Source: a virus. Taken from it: a DNA stretch of 64,000 nt. The notes under the pieces were generated by a model, which searched no databases, was not told the DNA's origin, and saw only the letters and a program-made list of their open reading frames with translations. The translations under genes were made by a program, and so were the position numbers. Where the stretch lies: IMG/VR virus record IMGVR_UViG_3300017917_002838, positions 1-64,000 of that record. The stretch is one strand, 5' to 3'. Below are positions 49,022-59,784 of the stretch, piece by piece (position 1 is the stretch's first letter; every line of letters starts with the position of its first letter).

Positions 49022-49549
49022 CTATTCTGCCTCAATAACTATTGGCTCCGGCTTGCCTACAACTTGTGCAAGCTTCTTCATAATGTCTTCTCTAATTTCT
49101 GGATATTTTGAAGAAACATCTTTTAATATACCAACTAATATTTCTTGCTTTCTTTCTGTTTCAGCTATTTGAGCAGCAAGGTCTTGGTTATCCAATAAAC
49201 CTACAGATTGAAGCATGTTAATTCTTTTTTGCTCTATGTCTGATATAAGTTTTAAAGCATTTGCCTTAACGTTTAGCTGTCCTGCCTGATCTGCATCGTC
49301 TACGGTCTTCCAGGCCTCTTTAATGAGCATTGCGTAGTGCTTGTCTGCTCCAGAAATAGCCTCTTTTGCCCTGTCCTTAGAAGACCTATCATTACTAATT
49401 ATGTCTTTCCAGCTATCAATTAGCTCCAAGACTTCTTTTCTTTGAAATCCAGTAATTGTGGCAATTTGAGTCGGGTTATTGCCTTTGAGCAATTCCTCGA
49501 CAACTTTATTCATGCGGTCAAAATGTTCCGCTAACTCTATTTCTGCCAT
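49022..49549 (-). CDS. HTH protein, probable terminase small subunit
   Basis: N-terminal HTH, directly upstream of terL. Confidence 0.55.
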   Translation of the reverse strand: MAEIELAEHFDRMNKVVEELLKGNNPTQIATITGFQRKEVLELIDSWKDIISNDRSSKDRAKEAISGADKHYAMLIKEAWKTVDDADQAGQLNVKANALKLISDIEQKRINMLQSVGLLDNQDLAAQIAETERKQEILVGILKDVSSKYPEIREDIMKKLAQVVGKPEPIVIEAE

Positions 49550-49580
49550 TTATATATTATACTTTTAGTCAACTAAAATG

Positions 49581-49904
49581 TCAATTTTGACTGGCTATTT
49601 TCAACAATATTAAATAACCAATTAGATCATCAATATCGTTATCTCCAGGAAAACCTTGAGCATTTTTTATCCTATTTAACTTATCATCAATACGAACTTT
49701 TAATTGTTCGGTAGCATCTGATTGTGCAAATAGTCTCATTGGGCTTAGTGCTGAGTCTCCATAAGAAATATTCTTTTTAACAAGATTGTGTGCTATTTCA
49801 TGGCACATATTAACTATCTTTAATCCGGACGGTGCCGTACATGCTTTTGTGACTAAATCATCACATCTAAAATATTCTCTATCTGGATATACTGGATCCA
49901 ACAT
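49581..49904 (-). CDS. Nucleotide-modification-associated (DUF1599-like) protein
   Basis: KN..YGDS, RI.DK..RI, DL.GY. Confidence 0.65.
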   Translation of the reverse strand: MLDPVYPDREYFRCDDLVTKACTAPSGLKIVNMCHEIAHNLVKKNISYGDSALSPMRLFAQSDATEQLKVRIDDKLNRIKNAQGFPGDNDIDDLIGYLILLKIASQN

Positions 49905-49911
49905 TTTCCAC

Positions 49912-50637
49912 CTATTCTTTAGTATTTTCAATTTTTTTATGAACCTCAGCTATCCACTGCACATAACCGTCCGTCCAATTTTGACTGCCATAAATATTTC
50001 TTGCAGCTATGTGATGGAATAGTCTCCAGTTTTCTCCACCATAGCAAAAGAATTTCAAGTCTTTAGATTTTTCTAAATTATTGTATTCTTCATAGTCCTT
50101 AATTAAATCATATTTTTTAGAAAACGTCAAGGACTTAGTTATTCCTGCTGTCCAAATTGTTGGTCCAGTCATGGCATGCACAAAATGTGGATTAGAATAG
50201 TCTGGATCTTTAAATGCTTCTTTAATTAAATCTAAAACATTTTTAATTATTTGATTTCCTGGTGTTGCAGCAAATAACCATTGACAAAAATCTATTTCAT
50301 GTTCTGGGCAAACAATTAGGGAATACTCGTCATTTATCCATGTATCTATTGGTTTTAAACATATGCAATCTAGATCTGCATATATTCCACCATATTTATA
50401 AATAACCATGTATCTCCATATATCACCTCTCATTACGCCAATAGGTGCAGTTATAAATATATTATGCCATTCTTCACCAAATTCTTTTAAAACAAACTCG
50501 GCGGCCTGAGTATCGTCCATATATACGTATTTATATTCAGGATTTAAACTCTTCCATGTTTCTGTTGTTTCTTTAATATAGTCTGGTAGAACATCATAAG
50601 GGTCTTTGTATGTTTGCCAAATTATTCTAGGAATCAA
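49912..50637 (-). CDS. GT32-type DXD glycosyltransferase
   Basis: IPRIIWQT, D..RY...Y.YGGIY.D.D, TGP. Confidence 0.88.
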   Translation of the reverse strand: MIPRIIWQTYKDPYDVLPDYIKETTETWKSLNPEYKYVYMDDTQAAEFVLKEFGEEWHNIFITAPIGVMRGDIWRYMVIYKYGGIYADLDCICLKPIDTWINDEYSLIVCPEHEIDFCQWLFAATPGNQIIKNVLDLIKEAFKDPDYSNPHFVHAMTGPTIWTAGITKSLTFSKKYDLIKDYEEYNNLEKSKDLKFFCYGGENWRLFHHIAARNIYGSQNWTDGYVQWIAEVHKKIENTKE

Positions 50638-51196
50638 TTTTAAAATCCTTTACTACTCTTGGGTCTATCCACCAATCTTCAAACATCCTATTTGGATCTC
50701 CATCATTAATATTTTCAGCAATCAATTCATATCCAAGCAATTTAAATATACCATGAGATTCAGCCTTGATTAAAGAGTTATCTGGGCTTGCATATAAATC
50801 ATGTTCATATGTTATAGTTGAAAATCTATACTCGAGTAAAGGTAGCTTATATAAAGCTTTAAGAGTTTGTTCGGCAGGCTCTATATCTAATTGCAGATAA
50901 TCAATTTGTTTTGGAAAATTATTATCTTTAAAATATTTTAAATAATTAAAATCTGTTGCGTCTGTAGCAATACATTTATTTTTTCTAGAATTATTATATA
51001 TCTCAACCAATTCTGAATTTATCTCAAAACCTACTCCAGACCAACCATATTCTTCTTCTAACAATAAAGTATTATTCCATGCGACTGGATCGTTAGATCC
51101 TATTTCTACATAGAATCCATTTCTTTTTTCTTTTAAAGCATTTAATACAAAAGATTCCTGGTGTGCTTGGCTTTGGCTCTTTTCAAATATCCTCAT
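50627..51196 (-). CDS. FkbM-like methyltransferase
   Basis: SQ..Q, YVEIG, NT..LE...W.G, IDYL.LDIE. Confidence 0.75.
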   Translation of the reverse strand: MRIFEKSQSQAHQESFVLNALKEKRNGFYVEIGSNDPVAWNNTLLLEEEYGWSGVGFEINSELVEIYNNSRKNKCIATDATDFNYLKYFKDNNFPKQIDYLQLDIEPAEQTLKALYKLPLLEYRFSTITYEHDLYASPDNSLIKAESHGIFKLLGYELIAENINDGDPNRMFEDWWIDPRVVKDFKIDS

Positions 51197-51339
51197 CTTT
51201 TTTTAATCAATCCAAACTTTTCTAAATATCTCTGTATGGTCATTGCAGAGACTCCACACTCATCAGCTATTTCTATAACTGTTTTCTTTTGAACAACGTA
51301 CCTTCTGTATAACCAAACCTCGCTTTGATATAGTTTCAT
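51193..51339 (-). CDS. Small HTH protein (48 aa)
   Basis: EIADECGVS..TI.RYL, read manually. Confidence 0.65.
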   Translation of the reverse strand: MKLYQSEVWLYRRYVVQKKTVIEIADECGVSAMTIQRYLEKFGLIKKR

Positions 51340-52082
51340 GATTTTCTCTTTAAAATTATATTAAAAACTTTTCTTGGAATATTGTTAATATCAAATCTAT
51401 CTCCATTTAAATAAAAAATATCATAATCAATATATATTTTTTGTAAAAATTTATTATCATTATGTCCAACTTCCATCATAATTAGTTTACATTTTTTTGT
51501 ATTATTATGCATTCCATCAAATACTTTTTCCTCATGTCCTTCTACATCAATTTTAATAAAATCTGGAGTTTCATCATAAATGCTATCCAATCTTATTGCT
51601 TTTACCTTTTCTACTGTATATTTATCATTGGGCTCATTATTATAAAAATCTAATTTTATGATTGTTGATGCTCCTATATTTTCAAAAGGGATAAGCATTG
51701 TGGCTTCGTAATTTTTATTAGAAAGAGCATATTGATACATTGTTATTTTGCCTGCATGATCATAATTGTTTAATTTTGTAGAAATTTGATAATTATCATT
51801 TAAATGTTTTAATGGTTCAAATGCTATTACTTCTCCGGTTTTTCCAACAATTCGTGCCATAACTTCTGTAAAGTATCCATTATTAGCTCCAATATCTAGA
51901 CATTTCCAACCAGGTTGTATATTTTTTATCATCCATTCAGTTTCTTCTTGCTCCCATATTCCTAATTTTTTGCAACATGCTTGTACTGCATTATCACTTT
52001 CATCTCCCGTATAAACAAAAAATGAGTTTAAAACTTTTGAAAATCCTCCAAGATTTACAATTTCTCTATTTTGTGTATTCAT
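51336..52082 (-). CDS. FkbM-family methyltransferase
   Basis: DIGAN.G, AFEP, KIDVEGHE. Confidence 0.88.
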   Translation of the reverse strand: MNTQNREIVNLGGFSKVLNSFFVYTGDESDNAVQACCKKLGIWEQEETEWMIKNIQPGWKCLDIGANNGYFTEVMARIVGKTGEVIAFEPLKHLNDNYQISTKLNNYDHAGKITMYQYALSNKNYEATMLIPFENIGASTIIKLDFYNNEPNDKYTVEKVKAIRLDSIYDETPDFIKIDVEGHEEKVFDGMHNNTKKCKLIMMEVGHNDNKFLQKIYIDYDIFYLNGDRFDINNIPRKVFNIILKRKS

Positions 52083-52648
52083 TATCTTTCCGTAAGTTGT
52101 TTATATCCATAAAATGCTATGCCAACCGAATCAGCAACATCAAAATCATCCAAGTTAATATTAAAGTTTGTATTTGCCCAGTTTACAGTTCTTTGCTTTC
52201 TTATCTCTCTCATTTTTGCTTTATACCAAGATTCAGTTTTACCTGGATTTTCAAACTTTAATTTGTCTTTTTCCATCTTTGTTGGATTTTTATTTCCAAT
52301 GTGTGATTGCCAAGCTGTTGGAGATATTGTAATTACTTTAGCCCCGCTAGACATTAGCTCGGCAATAACAACTCCATATACATAAGATAATTTAATAACA
52401 GCATCTGGAGACTTTACAAAAACAGCTCCTTCTACAACAATATAATCTGATTCCAATTGCGGAAGCATTGCCTTCATTTTTATTTTTGCGTCATATATTT
52501 TTTCATATATGTCTGCACCTACAAATTCTATTTTACCCCAACGAACCGGTTTATTGTTTTCTATCAGACAAAAAGCAACTGAATTTGTAGAAGCATCTAT
52601 GCCCAATACACGTTGCGCTTTTACTTTATGTAAACTAGCTAATGTCAT
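52082..52648 (-). CDS. ruvC: RuvC-like Holliday junction resolvase
   Basis: LGIDAS, VVE, D.AD. Confidence 0.75.
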   Translation of the reverse strand: MTLASLHKVKAQRVLGIDASTNSVAFCLIENNKPVRWGKIEFVGADIYEKIYDAKIKMKAMLPQLESDYIVVEGAVFVKSPDAVIKLSYVYGVVIAELMSSGAKVITISPTAWQSHIGNKNPTKMEKDKLKFENPGKTESWYKAKMREIRKQRTVNWANTNFNINLDDFDVADSVGIAFYGYKQLTER

Positions 52649-52910
52649 TTAGCAACCTCTTTATGTGCTCTCTGTCTTTAGTTTTATTTTTTTGTTGACA
52701 CTTAGTACATTTGTTGCCCTCGTTATATCTGCTTAACTTAGCACCACACTTACATTTTCTAACGGCACCATTTCTAATTGCTTTTTTTTCATAATACTTT
52801 TCCATAATTCTGCGATTAGTGGCAACACGGCAACACTCATCACAGCAATATTTTTGATTATGTGTTTTAGGATTAAAATCTTTTTTGCAATCTGAGTTAG
52901 CGCATATCAT
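52635..52910 (-). CDS. Cys-rich Zn-finger protein
   Basis: Multiple CxxC. Confidence 0.6.
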   Translation of the reverse strand: MICANSDCKKDFNPKTHNQKYCCDECCRVATNRRIMEKYYEKKAIRNGAVRKCKCGAKLSRYNEGNKCTKCQQKNKTKDREHIKRLLNDIS

Positions 52911-53683
52911 AATTTTGGAGCTTCAAATTTATCTATCTCAATAATGCCATTTTCTTTAGAATAGCATTCACTTCTGACAGGACACCCCTTGCAAACAGTA
53001 GAAGATTTTGTGAACGATCTAGTAGGCAAGGTATCCTCTTTATATGCCGACCATACAGTAGACATCCACTCAAAAGCTTCGTCAACAATTTGTTTATTTG
53101 CTTTATTCATCTCAATCGGTATTACTACAACTTCTTGCGTATTTTTATTCTCATATATAAAGAATCCCTCATCGGAATTGTTAATCTTCATATATATAAG
53201 TAGTTGTATTAAATGGTTTCCTGAAGGCTTAAGACTTGATTGCTTATGCAAAAATACTTCTTCTTTGGCCGTCTTTATTTCACCAATAATTTCTTTATTG
53301 TCAATTTCAAATATTAAATCGGCAAACCCTCTGATTGGTGGGTCCTGATTTAACATCTCCCGCTCTTCTTCTTTAAACCAGTCCATGTCTTTTATAAGGT
53401 CTTGAAGTCTTTCATGTGCTTGAGTACCATTCATCATGTTTGCAATTGCTACAGAGTCTTGTTGTTCCTCAAAAATTGCGCCGTTAAAAGCAATATACCA
53501 ATATCTAGCACAATTACCATGACCGTAACCTATTGTGCTTGGAGAAAAGGACTCTTTTTTAGTAAATTTATTTTCTCTTTTTTTAGAAAGGTATGCCTTG
53601 TTTAGCTTTTCGGAAAACTCCTCTAAGTTAAAAGACCCTTTGGACTTTTTGAACTTTAACTGGGATACTATTTCCCTTGACAA
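52907..53683 (-). CDS. Cas4-like/PD-(D/E)XK exonuclease
   Basis: SPS..C.R, GT..H, G..D..EIKT, Q...Y, C..CP....C. Confidence 0.78.
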   Translation of the reverse strand: MSREIVSQLKFKKSKGSFNLEEFSEKLNKAYLSKKRENKFTKKESFSPSTIGYGHGNCARYWYIAFNGAIFEEQQDSVAIANMMNGTQAHERLQDLIKDMDWFKEEEREMLNQDPPIRGFADLIFEIDNKEIIGEIKTAKEEVFLHKQSSLKPSGNHLIQLLIYMKINNSDEGFFIYENKNTQEVVVIPIEMNKANKQIVDEAFEWMSTVWSAYKEDTLPTRSFTKSSTVCKGCPVRSECYSKENGIIEIDKFEAPKL

Positions 53684-53691
53684 TTTTCCTC

Positions 53692-54030
53692 TTAACTATA
53701 TCGTGCAGAATACTTTAGTGCATCTACAAGCCGATCTATGGCTTCTTTAGCTGAGTAATAAATATTTTTTTTATAATTATTTATTGTTCCAGCTTTATCT
53801 TTACCAATTGTAGCATAATACGAAGCAAGTATGGCCAGTTTTGCAGATATTGCTTGTAATTCTACAATTAAAACTGGAGCTTTTGCAGATGGAACATCAG
53901 GGTTCATTACTAATTTAATTATTACTGACAAAGCCCTGTCCAGTTGTTCATCTTGCATATGCTCATGAAGATCATTAAATTCTGTAACTTCACTAATAAG
54001 TTCTAGTATGCTTTTAGCCTCTGTTGCCAT
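53692..54030 (-). CDS. Hypothetical protein
   Basis: ORF track. Confidence 0.6.
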   Translation of the reverse strand: MATEAKSILELISEVTEFNDLHEHMQDEQLDRALSVIIKLVMNPDVPSAKAPVLIVELQAISAKLAILASYYATIGKDKAGTINNYKKNIYYSAKEAIDRLVDALKYSARYS

Positions 54031-54164
54031 TATTTCTTACTTTCCAATGATTAACAATATAAGGTCCTAAATCGGACTTTATTCTGCCACTCTTTTCTAC
54101 CCTAACAATTCTACCATTTTGAATAATAGTTTTATTGTGTGGATGTTTTTTAATTCTTTGACCG

Positions 54165-54473
54165 TTAGACATCTTTTTTCTCCCACTCTTCTATAAGCTG
54201 CTCCAGTAATGACCATTCAATTACTGCGAGTCTTGTTTTGCTGTTATCTTTTCCAAGAATAAGTTTAAGTACAGGGTACTTGTCACGGCTAACTTTAAAT
54301 GTATCTGTACAAACTTTTGCCCAAATTTTTTGGGAAATAGAAATACTTGACTCATACTCTTTATAATCAACTACGAAATCCTTCCACTGAGCATCTCCTT
54401 TTTGATAGTTACCACGTCCACTATTTTTTTGCTGTTTTGCTCCATCACGTTTAGCTTCAGATCTTTCAGACAT
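54165..54473 (-). CDS. Small PD-(D/E)XK nuclease/resolvase-like protein
   Basis: SG....KGD..DYK. Confidence 0.55.
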   Translation of the reverse strand: MSERSEAKRDGAKQQKNSGRGNYQKGDAQWKDFVVDYKEYESSISISQKIWAKVCTDTFKVSRDKYPVLKLILGKDNSKTRLAVIEWSLLEQLIEEWEKKDV

Positions 54474-54653
54474 TACAGTTTAAATCCAGTAGAGGATATA
54501 TGTCCATTTGGACATTTCCAAAATATAATCTGTTTTTCTCTAACATATTCTGCTTCGTCTGCAACTTCCTGGCATTCCTGACAAGAAAATGATCCTTCAA
54601 CAATTGTCTTTGGCTTTTCTACATTTTCATATTCTGGTTCAGAAAAAATGTCA

Positions 54654-55652
54654 TTAAAGTTTGGCATCTATTTGTTTCCTTAGTTCGGTAACAACTTTAG
54701 GGTTTTCTTTAAGATATTGAACTGCTTTCTGCCTACCTTGTAGTCTTTCTCCCAATACCGTATACCAAGCTCCGCCCTTTTCAATAATTCCACACATCTC
54801 AGCAACATCTAGAGTTTCACCTATACTGTCCACTCCAAGCGACTCGCCCTGATAGTAGAAATCATATTGTCCAGACAAATTAGGTGGTCCAAGTTTGTTA
54901 TAGTCTATAATCCAGTTTACTGGTCTTCCAACCTTCTGTTCTATAATCTTGTCTCCAACCTGAACTCCAGCTTTAATAGCATTTGCTTCAGCCTCCGAAG
55001 ACCATAATTTAATAACAGTAGATGAGAAAAATTTTACTGCCATTCCACCCGTAGGGATATGGCTAGCATGCATAGAGCCAAATTGATTTCTTTGCTGTGA
55101 TATAAGAACCAGTAAAGTATTTTTGTTTGCATAATTTAACATTTTTACAGCATGAGTCATGTCTTTAGCCTCAGCACCAATTTGTTTTGTATCCTGCAAA
55201 TCCTTTAGTTCATTTCCATCTTTTTCAAAGTAGATTGCTGGTAGTAAAGCAGATATAGAATCTACAACTATTAAATCTACTCCTGCTTCCATAAGCCCAG
55301 TTGCAACATCAACCATATCGTTTACAGTTTTTGCTGGAGAATAAATTAATTTTTCCGAATCAACACCCAAACTTTCTGCCCACTTAGGATCATATGAAGA
55401 TTCAGAGTCTATCCAAGCACAAGTTTTTCCTTCTTGTTGAGCCAAACCAATCATTTGCAGGCAAAAAGATGACTTGCCAGCTGATTTGTTTCCCCATACC
55501 AAAACCTGTCTTCCATATCCTAATCCACCCTTAAGGGCAAGATTGAGACCAATGCTTGGCGTAGGCTGTTTTTCAATAGTAACGTCTATTGCAGATTGAA
55601 CTCGTTGTCTTGTTTTTGCATCTAATTGTGATAATACTTCTGTTATATCCAT
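54654..55652 (-). CDS. recA: RecA/UvsX-like recombinase
   Basis: G.KSAGKS, WIDSE, VVDSI, TGG.A..F. Confidence 0.92.
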   Translation of the reverse strand: MDITEVLSQLDAKTRQRVQSAIDVTIEKQPTPSIGLNLALKGGLGYGRQVLVWGNKSAGKSSFCLQMIGLAQQEGKTCAWIDSESSYDPKWAESLGVDSEKLIYSPAKTVNDMVDVATGLMEAGVDLIVVDSISALLPAIYFEKDGNELKDLQDTKQIGAEAKDMTHAVKMLNYANKNTLLVLISQQRNQFGSMHASHIPTGGMAVKFFSSTVIKLWSSEAEANAIKAGVQVGDKIIEQKVGRPVNWIIDYNKLGPPNLSGQYDFYYQGESLGVDSIGETLDVAEMCGIIEKGGAWYTVLGERLQGRQKAVQYLKENPKVVTELRKQIDAKL

Positions 55653-55682
55653 AAACTTCTTTCTGTTTGATTTATTATAGCA

Positions 55683-56096
55683 TTAAAATAAATTGCCGTG
55701 AAGTCTTGGACGAGCTCTATTTTTATCCATCTTAGAGTCTAAAACTTCATCTAGTGATTCCGAAACAATCTGTGCATTTTTAAGGGCAGCATAAAGATCT
55801 AATATCCTAATTAATACGTCTGCCATCTCTTCAACTATTTGGTAGCCACCCTTTTCTTTTCTTATTGCTTCTAAAACTTCAGTTACCTCAGAGTGTACTA
55901 ATGCTAGCTTATTTCCAATCTTGTCATAGCTTGTTTCGCCTTCCCAAAAACCTTTTTCAATAGCCGACTCATGTAGCACTGCTGCAAGGGCATCTAGACC
56001 GAACTCCGTTACAATTGAATGTGCTGTAGTTGTAACAGTAGGCTTATCTGGATTATTTGGATTTACTCTAAAATCTCCTATTTTAATTGTTCCCAT
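55683..56096 (-). CDS. MazG-like nucleotide pyrophosphohydrolase
   Basis: SEV.E.LEA, EEMADV. Confidence 0.8.
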   Translation of the reverse strand: MGTIKIGDFRVNPNNPDKPTVTTTAHSIVTEFGLDALAAVLHESAIEKGFWEGETSYDKIGNKLALVHSEVTEVLEAIRKEKGGYQIVEEMADVLIRILDLYAALKNAQIVSESLDEVLDSKMDKNRARPRLHGNLF

Positions 56097-56496
56097 TTTT
56101 ATCTCCTAGTTTAATAATAAAAGATGAATTATCTTCACTATAATCTAAAACTAATTGTTTTTCTTCTGTATTTCCTTTTAATACTGAATCAATTGTAACC
56201 TCAACAGATCCAATTTTTTCTAGTATTGCATATAATACATTTCCTATTTTTATTTGCGAGCTGATATCATTAATTTCGGACATAAACGTCTACCCCTTTA
56301 AATTTTTTTAACCAGTCGAAGGTTGACATAAGATTTTCTCTAGTAACACAGGTATCGCAACCACAAAATAATTCGTATGGCTCCCAACCTTCAGGAACGC
56401 CTTCATCTTCATAAATACTGTTTAGGCAAGTATTGATATGATCTGTTACAAAATTTTGTAAAGACTCCGCTTCTTCTGTAGTTAACTCAACTGAGG

Positions 56497-59400
56497 TCAT
56501 TTTATTTCCTTTACCATCAGTGTCCCATCTTCCAATTTTGAAAGGACTACATTGCATATCATTCCTTCTCTCATTTTTGCTAAAGCTAATTTATACATAC
56601 TAGTAAATACGATACATCTTGTCAACTCTTTATTATTATTTACAAGCACTATATGTGCCATTGTTTTACCAGCTTTAGTCTTATATGGAATAAAAGTTAA
56701 TACTCTATATTTATCTTCTGGAATATCTTTATACTCAGATCTATATAAATAGTCTACAAATATGTCATCTGTGTCTTCTTTAATCTCGTTTATATTTACA
56801 TATCTTGCAATTCGATTATCTCCAACTAATATAAAGTACATCTGTCCAGATTCTATTTGAGTATTTTCATTATGGAAAAGTCCTATAGATCCAGTCTCAT
56901 CAACTAATTCTATTCGAGCCCAGCCAGTACCTCTTTTAATTCCTTTAACCATTCCAAACATAACAAAACATCCAAGCTCATCAAAGTCTTCAATTGGTCT
57001 TGCTTGTGCTTTAATTTTTGGAGGAATAGTATTTAAATTAAACTGAGGTATTCCTAAGTATTCGTAGAAGTTTTCTTGTTCTTTTCCGCTTCTTGGATTG
57101 TCCTTAAAAGCAGCCCCGCCAATGGTATTAAGAGCGCTAACAGCCCTAGAGTTAATACCACTCCCTTTTGCTGACGCTTTTCCAGAAAAGTCTTTATAGT
57201 CTTCATATGGCCTCTTTTCAATTATTTTATTTGCTATGCTATCTGAAATATATTTAATATTTGCTAATCCAAATCTTATTGAATTATCTTGTAAAGAAAA
57301 ATCTATTTGTGATTCGTTTACATGTGGAAGTAATATCTTCAACCCAAGTCTTTTAGCCTCAATTAAATATTCAGTTCTTGCATCCTTGTCGCCTTCATTT
57401 TTAAGTATGGCGAACATAAACTCTAATGGATAATAATGCTTTAGCCACGCAGTCCAATAAGAAAGCATACTGTAAGCAACAGCGTGAGACCTATTGAAAG
57501 AGTAGCCAGCATGAGCTTCAAAATCATGCCATAGCGCTTCTGCCGTTTCTTTTGTAATGTGCTTTGAAGCTCCAGAAACAAATTTTTCTTTGAATTGATC
57601 AAACTCTCTTGCATCCTTTTTCTTACCAATAATCTTTCTTACTTTATCTGCTTCAGACCAGGACATGCCACCCAAATAAACGCAAGCTTGCATAACCTGT
57701 TCTTGATAAATAATAACACCATAAGTATTTTTTGTAAAAGGCTGCATAATTTGATGAACATATTCTACGGCTTCTCTACCATTTTTTCTGGCAATATATG
57801 AGGCACCGACAGTATTCATTGCTCCCGGGCGAACCAAAGCGTTTGATGCAGCTAAATCTTCAAAAGAGCTGACTCCCATTTTTATTAGAAGATTTGTATA
57901 TGGAGTTGCCTCAGCTTGAAAAACTCCTTTAGTATATCCAGAACTTAGATCAAAATATACTTTTGAATCATCTAAAGGAATTTGTGATGTAATTATATCT
58001 TTATTATATCTTTGTTTGATTGATTGAATTGTGTCTGAAATAACTGATAATGTTTTTAATCCTAAAGCATCTAGCTTGATTAGCCCAATGTCTGCTACTG
58101 TATCCATGTCATAGGCTACAACAGGAACCCGTCCAGATACCTTGTCTTGTGGATCTTCTCTAGTTTCAATTGGAGCATAGTTTCTAACATCATCTTTAGC
58201 AACAACTACACCGGCTGCATGTACTCCAACATTTCTAATTCTTCCACGTAATTTTTCTGCTAAGTTTGTAACTTCTGGATATTTATTTCTAAAATCTAAT
58301 GTGTTTGGCGAATCCATATAATCTTCAAATGTGTCTACAGATTTTAGTGCCTTGTTTACTTCACCAAGTGGCACCATGAATACTCGGGCAGCATCACGTA
58401 CTACACCCTTGTCTTTAAAATATGTAAATGTAGAAATAGATGCAACGTGCTTAAACTTTTTCTTTAGATAATCTTTAACTTCTTTACGACGGCGGTCTTC
58501 AAAATCTGTGTCAATATCCGGAAAGTCGTTACGCTCTGGATTAATGAATCGAAAAAATAGAAGATCATATTCTACTGGATCAACATCTGTAATTCCAAGG
58601 GTATAGCAAACCAAAGATCCGGCTGCAGAACCACGTCCTGGTCCAACCATAATGTTCTGAGACTTTGCCCAGTTAATCATATCTGCTACAACCAAGAAAT
58701 AAGAAGCAAATTTTTTATCCTTAATAATATTTAATTCTTCTGTTAATCTCTGTTCGTATACATCATTACCCAGTAAGGATGGTGTCAGGCCTAGCCTTTC
58801 TAGGCCCTGGAAGGCCATCTCAGCCAGTTTCTCGTCGGCATTGGTCTTGGGTACTGGAAGTAGGTCTAATCCCTGCTTAAAGTCGTACTCCTCGACCTTA
58901 TTTGCTATTTCAACTGTATTATCTAAAATGTCTGCCCTATTTATACCATTTAGTTTAAATGCTTCTTCTATTTCTTTTCTGGTCATTAAATATAAATCTA
59001 AATGTTCAAAGGATATCCTGCGCTCTGGCCATAGGTAATTATATCTTTCAAACATATTGTTTATTTTTCTAGACTTTTCAAAATCTAATTCTTTATTAGC
59101 TTTTGGAGAAGTAGAAAGGATTAGCATGGCCTCCTCTAATTCTCTTTCTGATTCTTTAGAGAAATGTGCATCACCAGTTGCAACTGGTTTAATTCCTAGT
59201 TCGTCTGCTAAATTTAATAAGGCTGTATTTATTTCTATTGGATTATGTGGCTGAACCTCAACATAAAAATCATCGCCAAATGTTTTTTTAAAATCTTTTA
59301 ATAATAATTTTGCGGTAGAAAAATCTTGCTTTTCAATTGCCTTGCTAATTAAACCGTTAAGACATCCGCTTAAAACAATAATGCCATCTGAGTATTCGTT

Positions 59401-59784
59401 TAAAACTTCTCTGTCAATTCTAGGCTTGTGATAAAAACCTTCTGTCCAGGCAATTTCTTGAAGTCTATTTATATTAGTAAGACCCTTTTGATTTTTTGCT
59501 AATAAAATTACGTGATTATAAGATTGAATAGATTTATCGGTAGCTGAAGATTTATCAAACCTATCTGTTGGAGATATGTACGCTTCTACTCCAAGGATGG
59601 GTTTAACTCCATGATCTTTTGCTGCAGCTTGAATTTCTCTGTGAGACGAAAGAGTTCCATGATCTGTTATTGCCATAGCTGGCTGACCAATTTCTTTTAC
59701 AGTTTTTATAAGCTCTTCTGGAGAATTTAATCCGTCCATGAGGCTATAATAACTATGAACATGTAAATGAACAAAACTATCCAT
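56497..59784 (-). CDS. dnaE: DNA polymerase III alpha subunit (DnaE-like)
   Basis: PHP HLHVH, GRGSAAGS, PDIDTD, YSFNRSH. Confidence 0.95.
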   Translation of the reverse strand: MDSFVHLHVHSYYSLMDGLNSPEELIKTVKEIGQPAMAITDHGTLSSHREIQAAAKDHGVKPILGVEAYISPTDRFDKSSATDKSIQSYNHVILLAKNQKGLTNINRLQEIAWTEGFYHKPRIDREVLNEYSDGIIVLSGCLNGLISKAIEKQDFSTAKLLLKDFKKTFGDDFYVEVQPHNPIEINTALLNLADELGIKPVATGDAHFSKESERELEEAMLILSTSPKANKELDFEKSRKINNMFERYNYLWPERRISFEHLDLYLMTRKEIEEAFKLNGINRADILDNTVEIANKVEEYDFKQGLDLLPVPKTNADEKLAEMAFQGLERLGLTPSLLGNDVYEQRLTEELNIIKDKKFASYFLVVADMINWAKSQNIMVGPGRGSAAGSLVCYTLGITDVDPVEYDLLFFRFINPERNDFPDIDTDFEDRRRKEVKDYLKKKFKHVASISTFTYFKDKGVVRDAARVFMVPLGEVNKALKSVDTFEDYMDSPNTLDFRNKYPEVTNLAEKLRGRIRNVGVHAAGVVVAKDDVRNYAPIETREDPQDKVSGRVPVVAYDMDTVADIGLIKLDALGLKTLSVISDTIQSIKQRYNKDIITSQIPLDDSKVYFDLSSGYTKGVFQAEATPYTNLLIKMGVSSFEDLAASNALVRPGAMNTVGASYIARKNGREAVEYVHQIMQPFTKNTYGVIIYQEQVMQACVYLGGMSWSEADKVRKIIGKKKDAREFDQFKEKFVSGASKHITKETAEALWHDFEAHAGYSFNRSHAVAYSMLSYWTAWLKHYYPLEFMFAILKNEGDKDARTEYLIEAKRLGLKILLPHVNESQIDFSLQDNSIRFGLANIKYISDSIANKIIEKRPYEDYKDFSGKASAKGSGINSRAVSALNTIGGAAFKDNPRSGKEQENFYEYLGIPQFNLNTIPPKIKAQARPIEDFDELGCFVMFGMVKGIKRGTGWARIELVDETGSIGLFHNENTQIESGQMYFILVGDNRIARYVNINEIKEDTDDIFVDYLYRSEYKDIPEDKYRVLTFIPYKTKAGKTMAHIVLVNNNKELTRCIVFTSMYKLALAKMREGMICNVVLSKLEDGTLMVKEIK

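Noticed and set aside
13301-49904. SpeD plus DUF1599-like protein as a polyamine DNA-hypermodification pathway
   Set aside because: Genes are 36 kb apart and no hydroxymethyl-dUMP synthase, kinase or transferase is visible in the window.
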